Assembly (NCBI GenBank): GCA_039932335.1
Contig: JBDTQH010000028.1
Location: forward strand, 3,728 to 67,727
Origin: Chloroflexota bacterium
Lineage (GTDB): Bacteria; Chloroflexota; Chloroflexia; QHBQ01; JADMIH01
Reading direction: 5' to 3'
DNA: 64,000 nt
Shown one piece after another: positions 20,182 to 28,931 of this stretch. Numbering within the stretch: position 1 is the stretch's first letter; each line of letters starts with the position of its first letter. Both the position numbers and the translations under genes were made by a program. The notes under the pieces are model-generated. The model had not been told where the DNA came from. It saw only the letters and a program-made list of their open reading frames with translations, and did not search any database.

Positions 20182-22977
20182 TTACCTGCTTTGCAGATCG
20201 CAATCGGTCATGAAGGTGTTGGCAACGATCTTCGAGGTCTGACCTCGTGTAGCGTTGTTGTCGGGGCGGAAGTAGGGCAGGTTGCCTGCACTGCACGGCT
20301 CACCCACGCTGCCGCAGGGATAGCCGCTCATGATGGAGCGGGAGGCAAGCCTCTGCACAAAGTCGTAGAAGGCATGTCCGACCGGCACATCCTCGAATAT
20401 CTGGGCACCTGCAGGGTCATTGAAGCCCGCGGTGTTCGCGACAATCTTGGATAGCTGTCCCCTGGTAGCGTCGGCGTAAGGCCGGAAGTAGGGCAGGTTG
20501 CCTGCACCACACGGCTCACCTACGCTGCCGCAGGGATAGCCGCTCATGATGTTGCGGGAAGCCAACCTCTGGATGAAGTCGTAGAAGGTAGAGCCTGGCG
20601 CAACATCCTCAAAGGCCTGTGAGACTGGCGGCTCGTTGAAGCCTGCCGAGTTGGAAACGATCTTCGCAAGCTGACCGCGTGTGACGTTGTTGCCTGGCCT
20701 GAAGGTGTTGTCAGGGTAGCCATTGATGATGCCTTTGCAGGCGAGGCACTGTATGTAGCTGTGGAAGGTGCTGCCCGCCGGTACGTCGGAGAACTCAATC
20801 GCGCATACGGTTGGCGTCGATGTGGGCGATCCGGCAGTAGCGGTCGCGGGAACAGGGGTGTCTGTGGCACCAGGGACAGAGGTGCTGGTTGGGACAACAG
20901 GGGTGTCGGTGGCCAGCGGGTTCTGCGTATTGGTGGGAACCGGCGGCACTGTATTGGTTGGCGGAACGGACGTGTTCGTTGAAGTGGCGACAACCGTGTT
21001 AGTAGGCGATACGGATGTGCTTGTGGGCACAGGGCTACCGCAGGCAGGTAAGGTGAACGACAATTGCTTGCCGCTGATATTGGGTACGACAGTGTTGCAG
21101 GAGTACTGCTTGTAGGTCGTTGCGTCTTTCTGTGCGCCTATGGTCGCGCTGCTGCCGTTCTTCGCGGTAGCCATCGTGCCGTAGATGATGTCGAACTGGC
21201 CTGTCGTTTCATACAAGCGTAGCTCGTAGTTGGCGTCTGAGTTGGCAGCACAGGTGGTGGGACCGCTGTACGCGCATGTGCGCCACTCGATATTGAAGAT
21301 ACGGTTTGGTGCCGTTCCGCTTATCGAGGTAAAGATACCCTTACCTGCCGGTGCTGTGATCTGATCGTCCCAGTATGGCATGATCACATTGGTTGGGATA
21401 GTGGTAGAAGGCAAGCAGTCGTTGGTCCAGTCAATGTTAGCGCTGGAGAACTGAGCATTGCCGTTCGGTCCAAGATCCACACTTGTAAACGACTGGCCGT
21501 ACAGGTTGAAGGCAAAGGGCAGAGCGATATTGGTTGTATTATCGTCTGTGTGGTTGCCGATGTCTGTCGTGCCAGGTACAATTGTGCCCGTGCTTTCTAC
21601 GATATTGTAGTTTGAACAAATCGTAGGAACGAGCGTGGGCGTGTTTGTGTTGGTGGGAGTATTGGTTGCGAGCGGGGTGTTCGTTACAGTGCGTGTGGGA
21701 GTACTGGTTGGTGGCGTGCCTGTAACGGTGCGCGTGGCTGTGTTGGTAGGTAAGGGCGTACCACCCTGAGAGGCATCATACTGCATGCTGGTGTTGGAGC
21801 CGTCGTATGTCACAGGACTGCCACCCACGTTGTAGCCTCCCCATGCATACAGGATACCGTTTAGCTGGCTGCTTGCGTAGTTCCTCCTCGCTCGCAGCAT
21901 CGGTGCAAAGCTGCTCCACGCATTCGCTTGCGGGTCGTAGATGTATGCGCTCGTGTCGGGCGTTGTGTACCCACCACCTGCTACCACTATCTTCCCTGAT
22001 ATCTCGTAGCTGGTGCTGCTGTCGTATGCCCATGCTCCCATGTCCCCACGTGCGGTTGGCAGGCTGGCTACCGTGCTCCACACAGGACTGCCCGCACTGG
22101 GGTCCAGTCGCTCTACCACGCTCACCGAGCTTACCGTCGGTGATACACCACCCGCTATGATGTCTCCACCTATCGCGTAGATGTACCCGTCCAGGGCTGC
22201 TCCTGCTATGTATCCCCTCGCTACGCTCAGGTTAGCTCCCGCGAGCTGGGTCCACTTGGAGCCGGTGGGGGCTGCGGGGTCGAAGCGCCAGGTGTCTGCG
22301 TACATTGCAGAGCTTGGTTTAGAGGAGTATCCTCCAAAAATGTACAGCTTGTTGTTCAGTACAGCATACCCACCCGGTACTCTCGGTGGGTTGGCAGGCC
22401 ACCCGTCTGCTGGGGGGAGACTCACTATTGTGTCGGATGCGGGGTTGTACACCCGCACTGTTGTGATGACTGTGCTGTCGGTGCTCGAGCCGCCAATGGC
22501 ATAGATGTTATCTGACATACCGTTGTTGAGGGTAGCCACCGCCATGTTAGCCACATAGCGAGAGCCGTACGGCCCGGAGTCTACCTGCGCGTTCTTGCGA
22601 GTGAAAGAGGTTGGATTTGCGGGATCGTACTCCCATATCCAGCTTGATCCCATGTCATCGCCGTCTGCTCGGTGACGTCCCCCCAGTATGTAGATCTTGC
22701 CGTTGGCAGGGTAGGCGGCAGCACCCGCTCGCTTGAGCTTGAGTGGTGCATTGGGAGCCTGCTGGTTGCCGAAGCCGAGGCTGACGGTGGGCAGGAGAGG
22801 CAGGTCGGACCATGCACCGCTTGGCACATAGCCCGGGTCTGATACCACTTTGCTCTCTTTCTGTGCTCCGTTGTTACCGCCAGGGGAACTGCTGGAAGTA
22901 ACGACGATAAGGAGGGTAACGAGCATAACGGGAATGAGCACGGAGATAACCAGGGAATATAGAAAGCGCCTTGTCAT
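20182..22977 (-). CDS. Surface protein: Kelch beta-propeller + Thr/Pro linker + conserved beta module + SLH x3
   Basis: N-terminal TM/signal; Kelch repeats (KIYILGG, IYAIGG, KLYIFGG, YIYAIGG, VVAGG, LYAWGG); VPGTTDIGNHTDD module; FRPGNNVTRGQLAKIV SLH repeats. Confidence 0.9.
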   Translation of the reverse strand: MTRRFLYSLVISVLIPVMLVTLLIVVTSSSSPGGNNGAQKESKVVSDPGYVPSGAWSDLPLLPTVSLGFGNQQAPNAPLKLKRAGAAAYPANGKIYILGGRHRADGDDMGSSWIWEYDPANPTSFTRKNAQVDSGPYGSRYVANMAVATLNNGMSDNIYAIGGSSTDSTVITTVRVYNPASDTIVSLPPADGWPANPPRVPGGYAVLNNKLYIFGGYSSKPSSAMYADTWRFDPAAPTGSKWTQLAGANLSVARGYIAGAALDGYIYAIGGDIIAGGVSPTVSSVSVVERLDPSAGSPVWSTVASLPTARGDMGAWAYDSSTSYEISGKIVVAGGGYTTPDTSAYIYDPQANAWSSFAPMLRARRNYASSQLNGILYAWGGYNVGGSPVTYDGSNTSMQYDASQGGTPLPTNTATRTVTGTPPTSTPTRTVTNTPLATNTPTNTNTPTLVPTICSNYNIVESTGTIVPGTTDIGNHTDDNTTNIALPFAFNLYGQSFTSVDLGPNGNAQFSSANIDWTNDCLPSTTIPTNVIMPYWDDQITAPAGKGIFTSISGTAPNRIFNIEWRTCAYSGPTTCAANSDANYELRLYETTGQFDIIYGTMATAKNGSSATIGAQKDATTYKQYSCNTVVPNISGKQLSFTLPACGSPVPTSTSVSPTNTVVATSTNTSVPPTNTVPPVPTNTQNPLATDTPVVPTSTSVPGATDTPVPATATAGSPTSTPTVCAIEFSDVPAGSTFHSYIQCLACKGIINGYPDNTFRPGNNVTRGQLAKIVSNSAGFNEPPVSQAFEDVAPGSTFYDFIQRLASRNIMSGYPCGSVGEPCGAGNLPYFRPYADATRGQLSKIVANTAGFNDPAGAQIFEDVPVGHAFYDFVQRLASRSIMSGYPCGSVGEPCSAGNLPYFRPDNNATRGQTSKIVANTFMTDCDLQSR

Positions 22978-23004
22978 TGTTTTTGTTTCTCCTCACCACT
23001 ACAG

Positions 23005-23442
23005 TTAGAGTGGGTTCACCTGGCTCCCAGGGTTGTAAGATGCACAGCCGCAGTAGCCGCCGCCGCCACAGTTGCAATCGCAGCAGGTCCAGTAGCCGCC
23101 GCCTTGAGCAGACGTCCAGCAACCTGTTGTATACCAGTTGTAGACGACCACGCACTGGTACACGGTTCCGCCCGATTTGTGCTCGAAGCAGCCGCCGCCG
23201 CGGCAGCCGGAGGGCAGGTTGACACCGTCAGTATTGCAATAAGGGCCGGGAGGTGAACACTGAGGTGCTGCGGGTACAAGCGGTCCGGCAGAGGCGGTAT
23301 CTGAACGGTTAGCGAGGGCAGGACCGAGCATGAGAGCGGCGATACCCGAAGCCACAGCGCCGCCTGCCCGCTGGACAAACGCACGCCTGTTCATGCCACG
23401 CGCCAATGCCTCGCTCCATACCCGTATCTTCTGGTCTATCAT
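23005..23442 (-). CDS. Tat-signal, 12-Cys small protein resembling a shortened methylamine dehydrogenase light chain (MauA-like)
   Basis: RBS AAGGAG; NRRAFV twin-Arg leader; mature part YCNTDG, CRGG, GCWTS, WTCCDC, YCGC; 27 nt upstream of the Kelch-SLH gene. The CDS is solid; MauA relatedness is by eye. Confidence 0.75.
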   Translation of the reverse strand: MIDQKIRVWSEALARGMNRRAFVQRAGGAVASGIAALMLGPALANRSDTASAGPLVPAAPQCSPPGPYCNTDGVNLPSGCRGGGCFEHKSGGTVYQCVVVYNWYTTGCWTSAQGGGYWTCCDCNCGGGGYCGCASYNPGSQVNPL

Positions 23443-23722
23443 TTATCACTCCTTGCATAGAACATGAATTGCGATTTACGAAGAGGCCACAGCGAAATAG
23501 GGTCTGCAGGTAGATTGGCATGCAGACACCAGGCTCGCACTTATGAGCTATAAACCACGCACTATGGGAAGATGCGCCTTTCGGCTCGGCTGGAGAGGCA
23601 GAGCTAATGGGGACCTGACTGTGGCCTTGTCAGATCAGCTACACAGAATCGGTACGTACTTGCGTGACGCAACTATATCATTACTGCCGGTCTGAGTCAA
23701 TAGTATTGTGAGACATATATCA

Positions 23723-23769
23723 AATAAAGTAAAAAGCAGCCCCTTGCGGAACTGCCGTTTACTTTATTT
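23723..23769 (-). terminator. Terminator after the DEAD-box helicase
   Basis: AAATAAAGTAAAAAGCAG...CTGCCGTTTACTTTATTT. Confidence 0.55.
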
Positions 23770-23798
23770 TGTGCTTGTATGTGCGGTCTAAGCGTGAC

Positions 23799-25160
23799 CT
23801 AAGCTGACGCCCTGCTCGCGTTGCGGGAGCGGCCATCATTGCGCGAGGGAGCACTGGAGGAGCGGCGCGAGTCACTTTGTGGGCGGCTGCCAGGACGCGC
23901 TGAACTAAATCGCGATGACGGAGCGTACTGCTCGCGCGGAGCAGACTGGTGAGTAGCCGGTTCTGCTACAGGACGCGGGCGGCGGCGCTGAGGCTCTCGC
24001 GGCGGGCGGGCGAACTCGGTGTTGCGGGTGGGTCCAGACTTGTTATAGTCGAAGCCCTCTACCGTGCGGCGCTCTACCCTCGCGCCAAGTACACGCTCGA
24101 TGGAACGAACCATGTCGGCATCCTCGTTCGTGATGAGGGTAAATGCATCACCAGTTTTGGCGGCGCGGCCTGTGCGGCCTATGCGGTGGGTGTAGGCGTC
24201 GGCGGTATCAGGTACATCATAGTTGATGACGTGTGAGATACGTGTCACATCTATGCCTCTGGCCGCGATGTCGGTGGCAACCAGGATCTGGTATTTGCCG
24301 TCACGGAAGCCGTCCATCGCGGCCTGACGCCTGTTCTGCGAAAGGTTGCCCTGCAAGGAGGTAACGCTGTAGCCTTCTTTTTCGAGGTTTTCGCCCAGGC
24401 GCTTGGCGCGGTGCTTGGTGCGAGCGAAGATAAGCACCGATTCGGTGTCGGTATGCTTCAGCAACTCCAACAGAAGTGCGGTCTTCAAATGCTGCGCGAC
24501 AGGATAGAGGGCGTGCGAGACTGTACCCACAGGCTCAGTTGTGCCGACCTGGACGGTGACGGGATTGCGGAGAATCTCGTGGGCAAGGTGACGAATATCA
24601 GCGGGCATAGTCGCCGAGAAGAGCAGCGTCTGACGCTCAGCAGGTATGCTTCGCATAATCCTGCGGACGTCAGGCAAGAAGCCCATATCGAACATGTTGT
24701 CGGCCTCATCAAGCACGAGCACTTCGAGATCTGCCATGCTGATATTGCCCCTTGAGATGAGGTCTAGCAGGCGGCCGGGACAGGCCACGACGATATCAAC
24801 GCCTCTGCGTATCCTGGCGATCTGGGGCTGGATGCCCACGCCGCCGTAAATGGTCACGCTGCGGAGACCTGTCTGCTTGCCGAGCGCGCTTATGGCCTCA
24901 TGTGTCTGCTCTGCCAGCTCGCGCGTGGGCGAGAGGATGAGGGCACGCACGCGGCCGCGTGGACCGCTTATCAAGCGCTGAAGAATAGGTAGAACAAAGG
25001 CAGCGGTCTTGCCGGTGCCTGTCTGGGCAAGGCCCATCACATCACGCCCCTGTAAAACAGGCGGGATGGCCTGAGCCTGGATCGGCGTGGGCACGGTATA
25101 GCCGTATGCCTGCACGCCTGCCGCGATGCGCGGATCTAAATTGAACGAGTTAAAAGTCAC
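23799..25160 (-). CDS. DEAD-box RNA helicase (RhlE-like)
   Basis: Q motif PTPIQ, AQTGTGKT, PTRELA, DEAD, SAT, ARGID, HRIGRTGR; basic C-terminal tail. Confidence 0.95.
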   Translation of the reverse strand: MTFNSFNLDPRIAAGVQAYGYTVPTPIQAQAIPPVLQGRDVMGLAQTGTGKTAAFVLPILQRLISGPRGRVRALILSPTRELAEQTHEAISALGKQTGLRSVTIYGGVGIQPQIARIRRGVDIVVACPGRLLDLISRGNISMADLEVLVLDEADNMFDMGFLPDVRRIMRSIPAERQTLLFSATMPADIRHLAHEILRNPVTVQVGTTEPVGTVSHALYPVAQHLKTALLLELLKHTDTESVLIFARTKHRAKRLGENLEKEGYSVTSLQGNLSQNRRQAAMDGFRDGKYQILVATDIAARGIDVTRISHVINYDVPDTADAYTHRIGRTGRAAKTGDAFTLITNEDADMVRSIERVLGARVERRTVEGFDYNKSGPTRNTEFARPPREPQRRRPRPVAEPATHQSAPREQYAPSSRFSSARPGSRPQSDSRRSSSAPSRNDGRSRNASRASA

Positions 25161-25211
25161 TGTAAAGTAATTCCTTATGATTAGCGATTTGCCAGGGGAT
25201 GTAACGCCCGC

Positions 25212-25316
25212 AAAAAAAGAGCCTGCGGAAGTCCGGGCTCAAATAAAAGTATATTCCACTGGGCCTGATTATAGTATCGACGGGTTAAGTATAGCCGCTG
25301 GAAGGCGGAAAGTCAA
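25212..25316 (-). promoter_or_regulatory. Helicase promoter and leader containing a terminator-like hairpin
   Basis: TTGACT(25316-25311)-N17-TATACT(25293-25288); leader GAGCCCGGACTTCCGCAGGCTCTTTTTTT. Confidence 0.6.
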
Positions 25317-25330
25317 GCAGCGAGCATATG

Positions 25331-25508
25331 GTAAATGTTCAGACTTAGGGTGGAACAACCCGGCATCTCGGTCAGGGAAGACCCTCCCCCAACCCCTCCC
25401 ACGCGTGGGAGGGGAGTAATTAAGTAGAAGAGGAGAATGGGGGACACCCCCACACCCCCGTCATGGGCTTCTCCCCTGCACCCCGCTACCCCTATTCTGG
25501 ACACTTAC
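25331..25508. mobile_element. IS66-like MITE copy C
   Basis: GTAAATGTTCAGA...TCTGGACACTTAC; flanks AGCATATG/AGCATACG (7/8 match). Confidence 0.85.
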
Positions 25509-25585
25509 AGCATACGATACAGTAAGCACCGTGATACAAACAACCATAATGGGAAGCTCCAAGAGGTACTATCAATGGTACAATC

Positions 25586-26515
25586 ATGGTAGATGAGCCT
25601 ACCGTGGGTGATGGTATGGTTGATAACGTAGAGCCTACAATATGGAAAGTGCCTGAGCGCCCGTCCAGAGCTACGGTGCCGCTCTGGAGCGTGTTTGTGC
25701 CTGTGGTAGTTGCGCTGGCTATCATTATGGCGGCGATGCAGCGCCCTGACGAACGGCTGCATTTGTGGGTGCTCGATGTAGGCGAGGGCAACGCGCTGCT
25801 TGTGAGAACGCCGGCCGGACACACGATACTGGTGGATGGGGGACCGGGCGTGACGCCACTGGCCGAGGGGATAGGCAGCCGCCTTCCCGCCTGGCAGCAC
25901 AGCATAGATGTGGTGGTGCTGACAGCGCCCCAGCAGGAGAATATGATGGGGCTGGTCGATCTCATGTCGCGGTATAAGGTCGGGCAGGTTGTACAGACGA
26001 CGTTTACGCCGACAACGACCCTGCAGCAGGTGTGGAGCAGGACGGTGCAAGCACAACAAGTGCCGGTGCACTATGCCAGGCGGGGCGACCTGATCGGATT
26101 CGAGGGAGAACCCGAAGTTATTATCAAGGTGCTGTACGCAGGCAATGGTACAAGCAGCAGGGGCGCGGGGATGGTGCTGAGCATAGAGTATGGCAGTACC
26201 AACATTCTGCTGGCCGCAGACATCGGGCCGCAAGCCGAGGACGCCGTCGTGCGGGACGAAGGCGACGCGCTGGCAAGCGATGTGCTTATAGTTGCGAATC
26301 ACGGCAGCGCAACCACGTCGAAGGCAAATTTCCTGGAGAAGGTCAGGCCGGAGGTATCGATCATCTCAGTCGGGGCAGGCAACAGGTTCGGTTATCCTAA
26401 CATAGACACGCTGGGAAGGCTGCAGGCTACAGGATCGCAGGTCTACCGCACAGACCTGATGGGCACGGTAGAGATCGTCGCGGAGAAGAGCAGATTCTGG
26501 ATGGCCGAGCGGTAG
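25586..26515 (+). CDS. ComEC/Rec2-like metallo-beta-lactamase-fold protein with a single TM (degenerate metal motif)
   Basis: LDVGEGNA, ILVDGG, LLAADI, NHGS, ISVGAGNRFGYP, VYRTDLMGTV. Confidence 0.85.
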   Translation: MVDEPTVGDGMVDNVEPTIWKVPERPSRATVPLWSVFVPVVVALAIIMAAMQRPDERLHLWVLDVGEGNALLVRTPAGHTILVDGGPGVTPLAEGIGSRLPAWQHSIDVVVLTAPQQENMMGLVDLMSRYKVGQVVQTTFTPTTTLQQVWSRTVQAQQVPVHYARRGDLIGFEGEPEVIIKVLYAGNGTSSRGAGMVLSIEYGSTNILLAADIGPQAEDAVVRDEGDALASDVLIVANHGSATTSKANFLEKVRPEVSIISVGAGNRFGYPNIDTLGRLQATGSQVYRTDLMGTVEIVAEKSRFWMAER

Positions 26516-26547
26516 GTATCAGGGGTCCGGGGTCAGGGGTCAGTTAT

Positions 26548-26680
26548 ATTACGGATTCACCGCAGAGGCGCAGAGAGCGCAGAATTTCGCAGAGCTTATT
26601 GAGGTTCGCTGAGTGCTATGGGAAGTGAGTACGCGGCACAAACCGTCAATTGACAACTGACAACTGACAACGCGGTCTGC
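26548..26680 (+). repeat. Dispersed repeat R, copy 3
   Basis: ATTACGGATTCACCGCAGAGGCGCAGAGAGCGCAGAA...GGGAAGTGAGTACGCGGCACAAACCGTC. Confidence 0.8.
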
Positions 26681-26759
26681 CGTCGGTGGTCGGCGGTCGT
26701 CACCCGACCCGTTACGCAATACGCAGTACGCAGTACGCAGTACGCACCGAGGTCTTACA

Positions 26760-27632
26760 ATGCACGATGGTATGGTGACGACGGCCAACACGGGTGTTGA
26801 GCTACATTATCGGGACTGGGGTGGGTATGGGCCGCCGCTGGTGTTGGTACATGGTCTGGCATCTACTTTGCGGATATGGGATTTTGTAGCCCCTGTTCTG
26901 GCGGAGAAGTACCGGGTGGTGGCTTATGACCAGCGTGGTCACGCGCTGAGCGGCAAGCCGGGCGATGGGTACGATCTGACTACGATGCTGGCCGACCTTG
27001 TGGGGCTGTTGGAGGCTCTACATATAGAGAAGCCCGTTGTGGTGGGTCACTCATGGGGCGCGAACCTCGCGCTTGCTTATGCCGCTGCCTACCCTTATGC
27101 GTGTTCGGCACTCGTGCTTGTAGATGGCGGCGTGTATGATTTTCAAGATACGCCCGGCACGACATGGGAGGGCGTTCGGCGTGACCTTGCGCCGCCCGAC
27201 CTGAGCGCGTTCAAGCTGACCGATATGGTGAGCAGGATGCACAGGGGCGCTCTATCGCACCTGCCGGTTAGCTTCTTGGAGGAGTATGCGCGCTCTATGA
27301 TGGATGTGCAGCCTGACGGCACTATCAGGGCGCGCCTGACACGTGACAGGCATCTTGACATCCTTCATATCATCTACAGCATGCGAAGTGCAGACCTGTT
27401 GAGCAAAGTGAAATGCCCTATACTCGCTATTCAAGCTGTTGATGGTGAGCCTGCCGACAGTAGAGGGGCCGACTTTTTACGCCGGAAGAAGCAGGGAGTC
27501 GAGCGTGTAGAAAGGCTGGTGCATGGAGCAGGCATAATATGGATGGAGGACACAATCCATGACATACCGCTGCAGAGGCCGGAGCGGTTGGCTAATGAGA
27601 TAACGGCTTTCCTGGCGGTGAAAGGACTGTGA
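26760..27632 (+). CDS. Alpha/beta hydrolase
   Basis: LVHGL, YDQRGH, GHSWG nucleophile elbow, C-terminal HDIP. Confidence 0.92.
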   Translation: MHDGMVTTANTGVELHYRDWGGYGPPLVLVHGLASTLRIWDFVAPVLAEKYRVVAYDQRGHALSGKPGDGYDLTTMLADLVGLLEALHIEKPVVVGHSWGANLALAYAAAYPYACSALVLVDGGVYDFQDTPGTTWEGVRRDLAPPDLSAFKLTDMVSRMHRGALSHLPVSFLEEYARSMMDVQPDGTIRARLTRDRHLDILHIIYSMRSADLLSKVKCPILAIQAVDGEPADSRGADFLRRKKQGVERVERLVHGAGIIWMEDTIHDIPLQRPERLANEITAFLAVKGL

Positions 27633-27647
27633 GCAGCGGCGTGGGAG

Positions 27648-28478
27648 CTAGGCTGCTATGAAGCCTCTAAGCAGGTGCAAAGGGAAAGTACCGCCTGAGG
27701 GTACGACGGTGGTTGTGCTGCCGTTGATGATGGTGATACTCCCCGCGCCCATGACCCGGAAGGTGTCGCTGTTGGGTTCGAGTATGCAGGCTGTGTGTTC
27801 GTCTATGCCGAGGATAGGAGCACTATTCGGCAGCATTCCCAGCAGGAGGTCGAAACGCTCCTGGCCGACGTAGCAATGGGTAGTATCGAGGCCCGCGCCG
27901 CCCTCACTGTTGTTCCAATGTGTGACAATCACTGGATCGATGTCGAGGCCCAGCAGGCGGAGAAGATGCAGGCCATTGTCCCAACCCAGATCGGCCCCGG
28001 CCTTGAACACTTCATACACACGCATGACAGAACTACCCGCAGCAATAGCGGCCGCACTTGAGAGCGCAATAGTCGCACCATCGTGGAAAGCAGTCGTGAT
28101 GCAGTCAAGAGCGAGAGTGGATTGCAGATTGCGAGCCGCGTAGGTAGGGCTGCCCGGCCCGGAGAATATATAGTCAGCACCTGTAAGGACAGCGGCAATT
28201 TCCGGGTTGTCGGGGTCGAAGGCGCTGCCCTTTTTGTGAGCCTGGACATACTCTACTTGAGGGTGGAAGTTTTGCAGGCTCTTTTCCATGAACTCGCCGA
28301 TCTTGCGGTAGACAGCGTCGGCATTGGGTTGGAAGCCGGCCGGGGTTTCCAGCATAGCAACATGCACAGGCGAAACGCCCAGGCGCGACATGAGATAGTC
28401 GTGGATCTTGCGGCCCTGTGAGGAAGTTTCGCCGGAGCCAAATAAGGCCAGTGTGCCGGTAGACAAAATCTGCTCCAA
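27648..28478 (-). CDS. Peptidase S51/cyanophycinase-like protein (class I GATase-like fold)
   Basis: LFGSGE, ETPAGF, FSGPGSP, LSSAAA nucleophile, THWN, GIDEHTA. Confidence 0.8.
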   Translation of the reverse strand: MEQILSTGTLALFGSGETSSQGRKIHDYLMSRLGVSPVHVAMLETPAGFQPNADAVYRKIGEFMEKSLQNFHPQVEYVQAHKKGSAFDPDNPEIAAVLTGADYIFSGPGSPTYAARNLQSTLALDCITTAFHDGATIALSSAAAIAAGSSVMRVYEVFKAGADLGWDNGLHLLRLLGLDIDPVIVTHWNNSEGGAGLDTTHCYVGQERFDLLLGMLPNSAPILGIDEHTACILEPNSDTFRVMGAGSITIINGSTTTVVPSGGTFPLHLLRGFIAA

Positions 28479-28639
28479 TAACTGAAACTAAAGAACCCGT
28501 CGGGAAGTTATGCAGAGCTTGCTGTCGAACTACTTTCATTATACGCCAGAAGGTGGTTGTTGGTTCAACGGGATCAGGGGAGGTATCGGGGGTCAGGGTT
28601 CAGGGGCCAGGGGTCAGTAACGACGGCCGAAGGCAGACC

Positions 28640-28768
28640 GCTGACCGCGTTGTCAGTTGTCAGCAAGTGCCGTTTACTCTCTATGCACAGCACCATGCAA
28701 ACTTTAAGAACCTCTGCGTAGCTCTGCGTAGCTCTGCGCACTCTGCGCCTCTGCGGTGAATCCGTAAA
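28640..28768 (-). repeat. Dispersed repeat R, copy 4, inside mirrored GGGGTCA/CACCTGA heptamer arrays (28571-28829)
   Basis: Reverse complement of repeat R: CTCTGCGCCTCTGCGGTGAATCCGTAA. Confidence 0.8.
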
Positions 28769-28931
28769 CCCCTGACCCCTAACACCTGACACCTGACACC
28801 TGACACCTGACACCTGACACCTGACCCCTTACTCAGTACCCCAATGTGCTATAATACACCGTCCGTAATGTGTGCTCGGAATATGCTACAATGCCGTAGC
28901 TTTTAGCTCATTGAAGAGGAGATTCATTCCC

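Noticed and set aside
21780-22820. Kelch domain as a galactose-oxidase-type copper radical enzyme
   Set aside because: There is no Cys in the propeller for a Cys-Tyr cofactor and no recognisable C-terminal His-ligand domain.
23005-23442. Cys-rich protein as a RiPP precursor
   Set aside because: No radical SAM, YcaO, lanthipeptide or transporter genes are nearby; the Tat leader and even Cys count fit a disulfide-bonded exported protein better.
23443-23700. Riboswitch in the long leaders of the Tat protein and the 58809 gene
   Set aside because: Only a GCC-GAAA-GGC hairpin was seen; no aptamer consensus that I recognise.
28770-28829. Tandem repeats as a CRISPR array
   Set aside because: The units are 7 nt with no unique spacers, and there are no cas genes in the window.
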